From an uncultured Candidatus Rokubacteria bacterium (GTDB lineage Bacteria > Methylomirabilota > Methylomirabilia > Rokubacteriales > DASRDR01): DNA of 11,149 nt. Shown here piece after piece: positions 10,062 to 11,149 of the stretch. Location: assembly GCA_963708025.1 (NCBI GenBank), contig CAVPSB010000041.1:1-11149 (forward strand). Reading direction: 5' to 3'. Every line of letters begins with the position of its first letter. Positions within the stretch are counted from its first letter, which is position 1. The notes under the pieces are model-generated. The model was not told the DNA's origin. It made no database searches and saw only the letters and a list, made by a program, of their open reading frames with translations. The translations under genes were made by a program, and so were the position numbers.

Positions 10062-10103
10062 ACGTAGCAGCGTCCGGCGCGGTGCCATGAACACCGCCCG
10101 GGC
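10062..10103 (+). repeat. Intergenic structured repeat, copy 3
   Basis: ACGTAGCAGCGTCCGGCGCGGTGC is 23/24 identical to copy 2. Stem CCGGCGCGGTG/CACCGCCCGG with one bulge. Confidence 0.8.
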
Positions 10104-10141
10104 AGTGGCCCACCAACCCTCAGCCTGGGAGGCGATGGAGG

Positions 10142-10257
10142 ATGAGCGACCCTATTCTACTCGAAGCCCGGCCCCTGGCCGCAAGCACCAGCGTCAAGTA
10201 CGCCCGGGCCTTGCGGCGGTTCGACGAGTACCGGGCGGCGCTGCCGGCCCCTGAGCC
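10142..10257 (+). pseudogene. 5' fragment of a gene interrupted by IS2, resembling a tyrosine-recombinase N-terminal (core-binding) helix
   Basis: MSDPILLEARPLAASTSVKYARALRRFDEYRAALPAPE, then read-through into the IS end to TAG at 10288. GGAGG at 10128-10132. L..ST...Y...L..F..Y pattern. Confidence 0.45.
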
Positions 10258-11149
10258 CGTAGTGTCCGAATATTCGGCCGAGCTGTAGACACCCCGGCGG
10301 TGAGTGGTCGGGCAGGGTAGAATCGGCGAATGATTGCCGAGCTCTCCCCTTTGCGGGTACTGCTCGTGACGCTCGCCGGATGGATCAATCGCCACCAACA
10401 GCACGTGATCGAGTATTTGCTCGAGGAGAACCGGGTCTTGAAGGAGCAGGTGAAGGGACGACGCGTCCGGCTCACCGACGACCAGCGCCGACGCCTCGCG
10501 GCGAAGGGGCGCCGACTCGGCCGATGGGTCTTAAGGCAGGTCGCGACGATCGTGACCCCCGACACGATCTTGCGATGGCACCGGCAGCTGATCGCCCGGA
10601 AGTGGACGTTCACACCGAAGCGGCCTGGCCGTCCCGGGACCATGAAGGAGATCTCGTCGCTCATTCTGCGGATGGCCACCGAGAATCCGGGGTGGGGCTA
10701 CACGGGCATCCAGGGGGCGCTAAAAGAACCTGGGCCACAACCGGCCGGACCACGGTCGCCAAGGTCCTGAAAACAAACGGGATCCCGCCCGCGCCGAACC
10801 GCCCATCATCCTGGCGGACGTTCTACGGGCCCACTGGGGGGCGATCGCGGGGGCCGACTTTCTCACCAGCGAGATCTGGACCCCTCGAGGGCTGATCACT
10901 TACTACACCCTCTTCGTGATCGATCTCCGGAGCCGACGGGTGCACGTGGCGGGCTCGACGCCGACCCCGGATGCAGGGTTCATGGCGCAGGCCGCGCGTC
11001 GCCTGACCGATGCGGTCGATGGATTTCTGGCCGGCCATCGGATCCTCATCTGCGACCGGGACGCCCAAGTGGACGGAGGGATTCCGACGCATCGTCCAAG
11101 GCGCGGGTGTGCGGATCGTGCTGGCACCCGTCCAAGCGCCGAATGCCAA
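10258..11149 (+). mobile_element. Insertion sequence 2 (rve type), left end plus partial transposase
   Basis: Putative left end CGTAGTGTCCGAATATTCGG lies 72 bp upstream of the transposase and shares a spaced motif with the IS1 left end. Confidence 0.7.
10330..11149 (+). CDS. rve/integrase-core (DDE) transposase, frameshifted, runs off the window edge
   Basis: IEYLLEENRVLKEQ, IVTPDTILRWHRQL, PGRP, ENPGWGY..IQGAL, PPAP.R...WRTF, AHW..IAGADF, LFVIDLRSRRVHVAG, LICDRD, P.QAPNA. TAGAAT (10318-10323) lies 6 bp before the ATG. Confidence 0.9.

Larger units (their letters stand above)
7531..11149. mobile_element. Degraded integrative element or prophage remnant (continues beyond the window)
   Basis: Interrupted host gene, tyrosine integrase 3' end facing the junction, arm-like repeats, visibly more AT-rich small ORFs and nested IS elements. 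The exact left boundary is inferred. Confidence 0.7.

Noticed and set aside
9620-10103. CRISPR array or classical integron attC array
   Set aside because: The spacers are about 170-185 bp and protein-coding, the repeats are degenerate, and no cas genes are present. RYYYAAC/GTTRRRY boxes are not consistent, and the integrase fragment shows no IntI-specific insertion before HxxR.

Overview
High-GC bacterial window with two parts. Many single-base indels split otherwise intact genes, most likely uncorrected long-read errors. Left (1-7545) is chromosomal and looks like a sugar-acid uptake and catabolism cluster. On the minus strand are a D-2-hydroxyacid dehydrogenase, a PNPOx/split-barrel protein, an enolase-superfamily (MR/MLE) enzyme, a Tat-exported ABC solute-binding protein and the start of an ABC permease. 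A YagF/YjhG-family D-xylonate dehydratase is divergent from them, and a non-canonical alpha/beta hydrolase is convergent with the dehydratase. Right (about 7545-11149) is a degraded integrative element. It appears to have inserted into the 5' end of a class-V aminotransferase gene. It holds arm-site-like repeats, a 5'-truncated tyrosine integrase, two rve/DDE insertion sequences and a short array of small + strand ORFs, two of them missing from the ORF track. The most unusual signal is in that array: three related intergenic repeats, each a conserved ACGnnGnAGCGYCCGGCRC motif plus a hairpin, start at 9620, 9841 and 10062, exactly 221 bp apart. Each directly follows the stop codon of a different small ORF.
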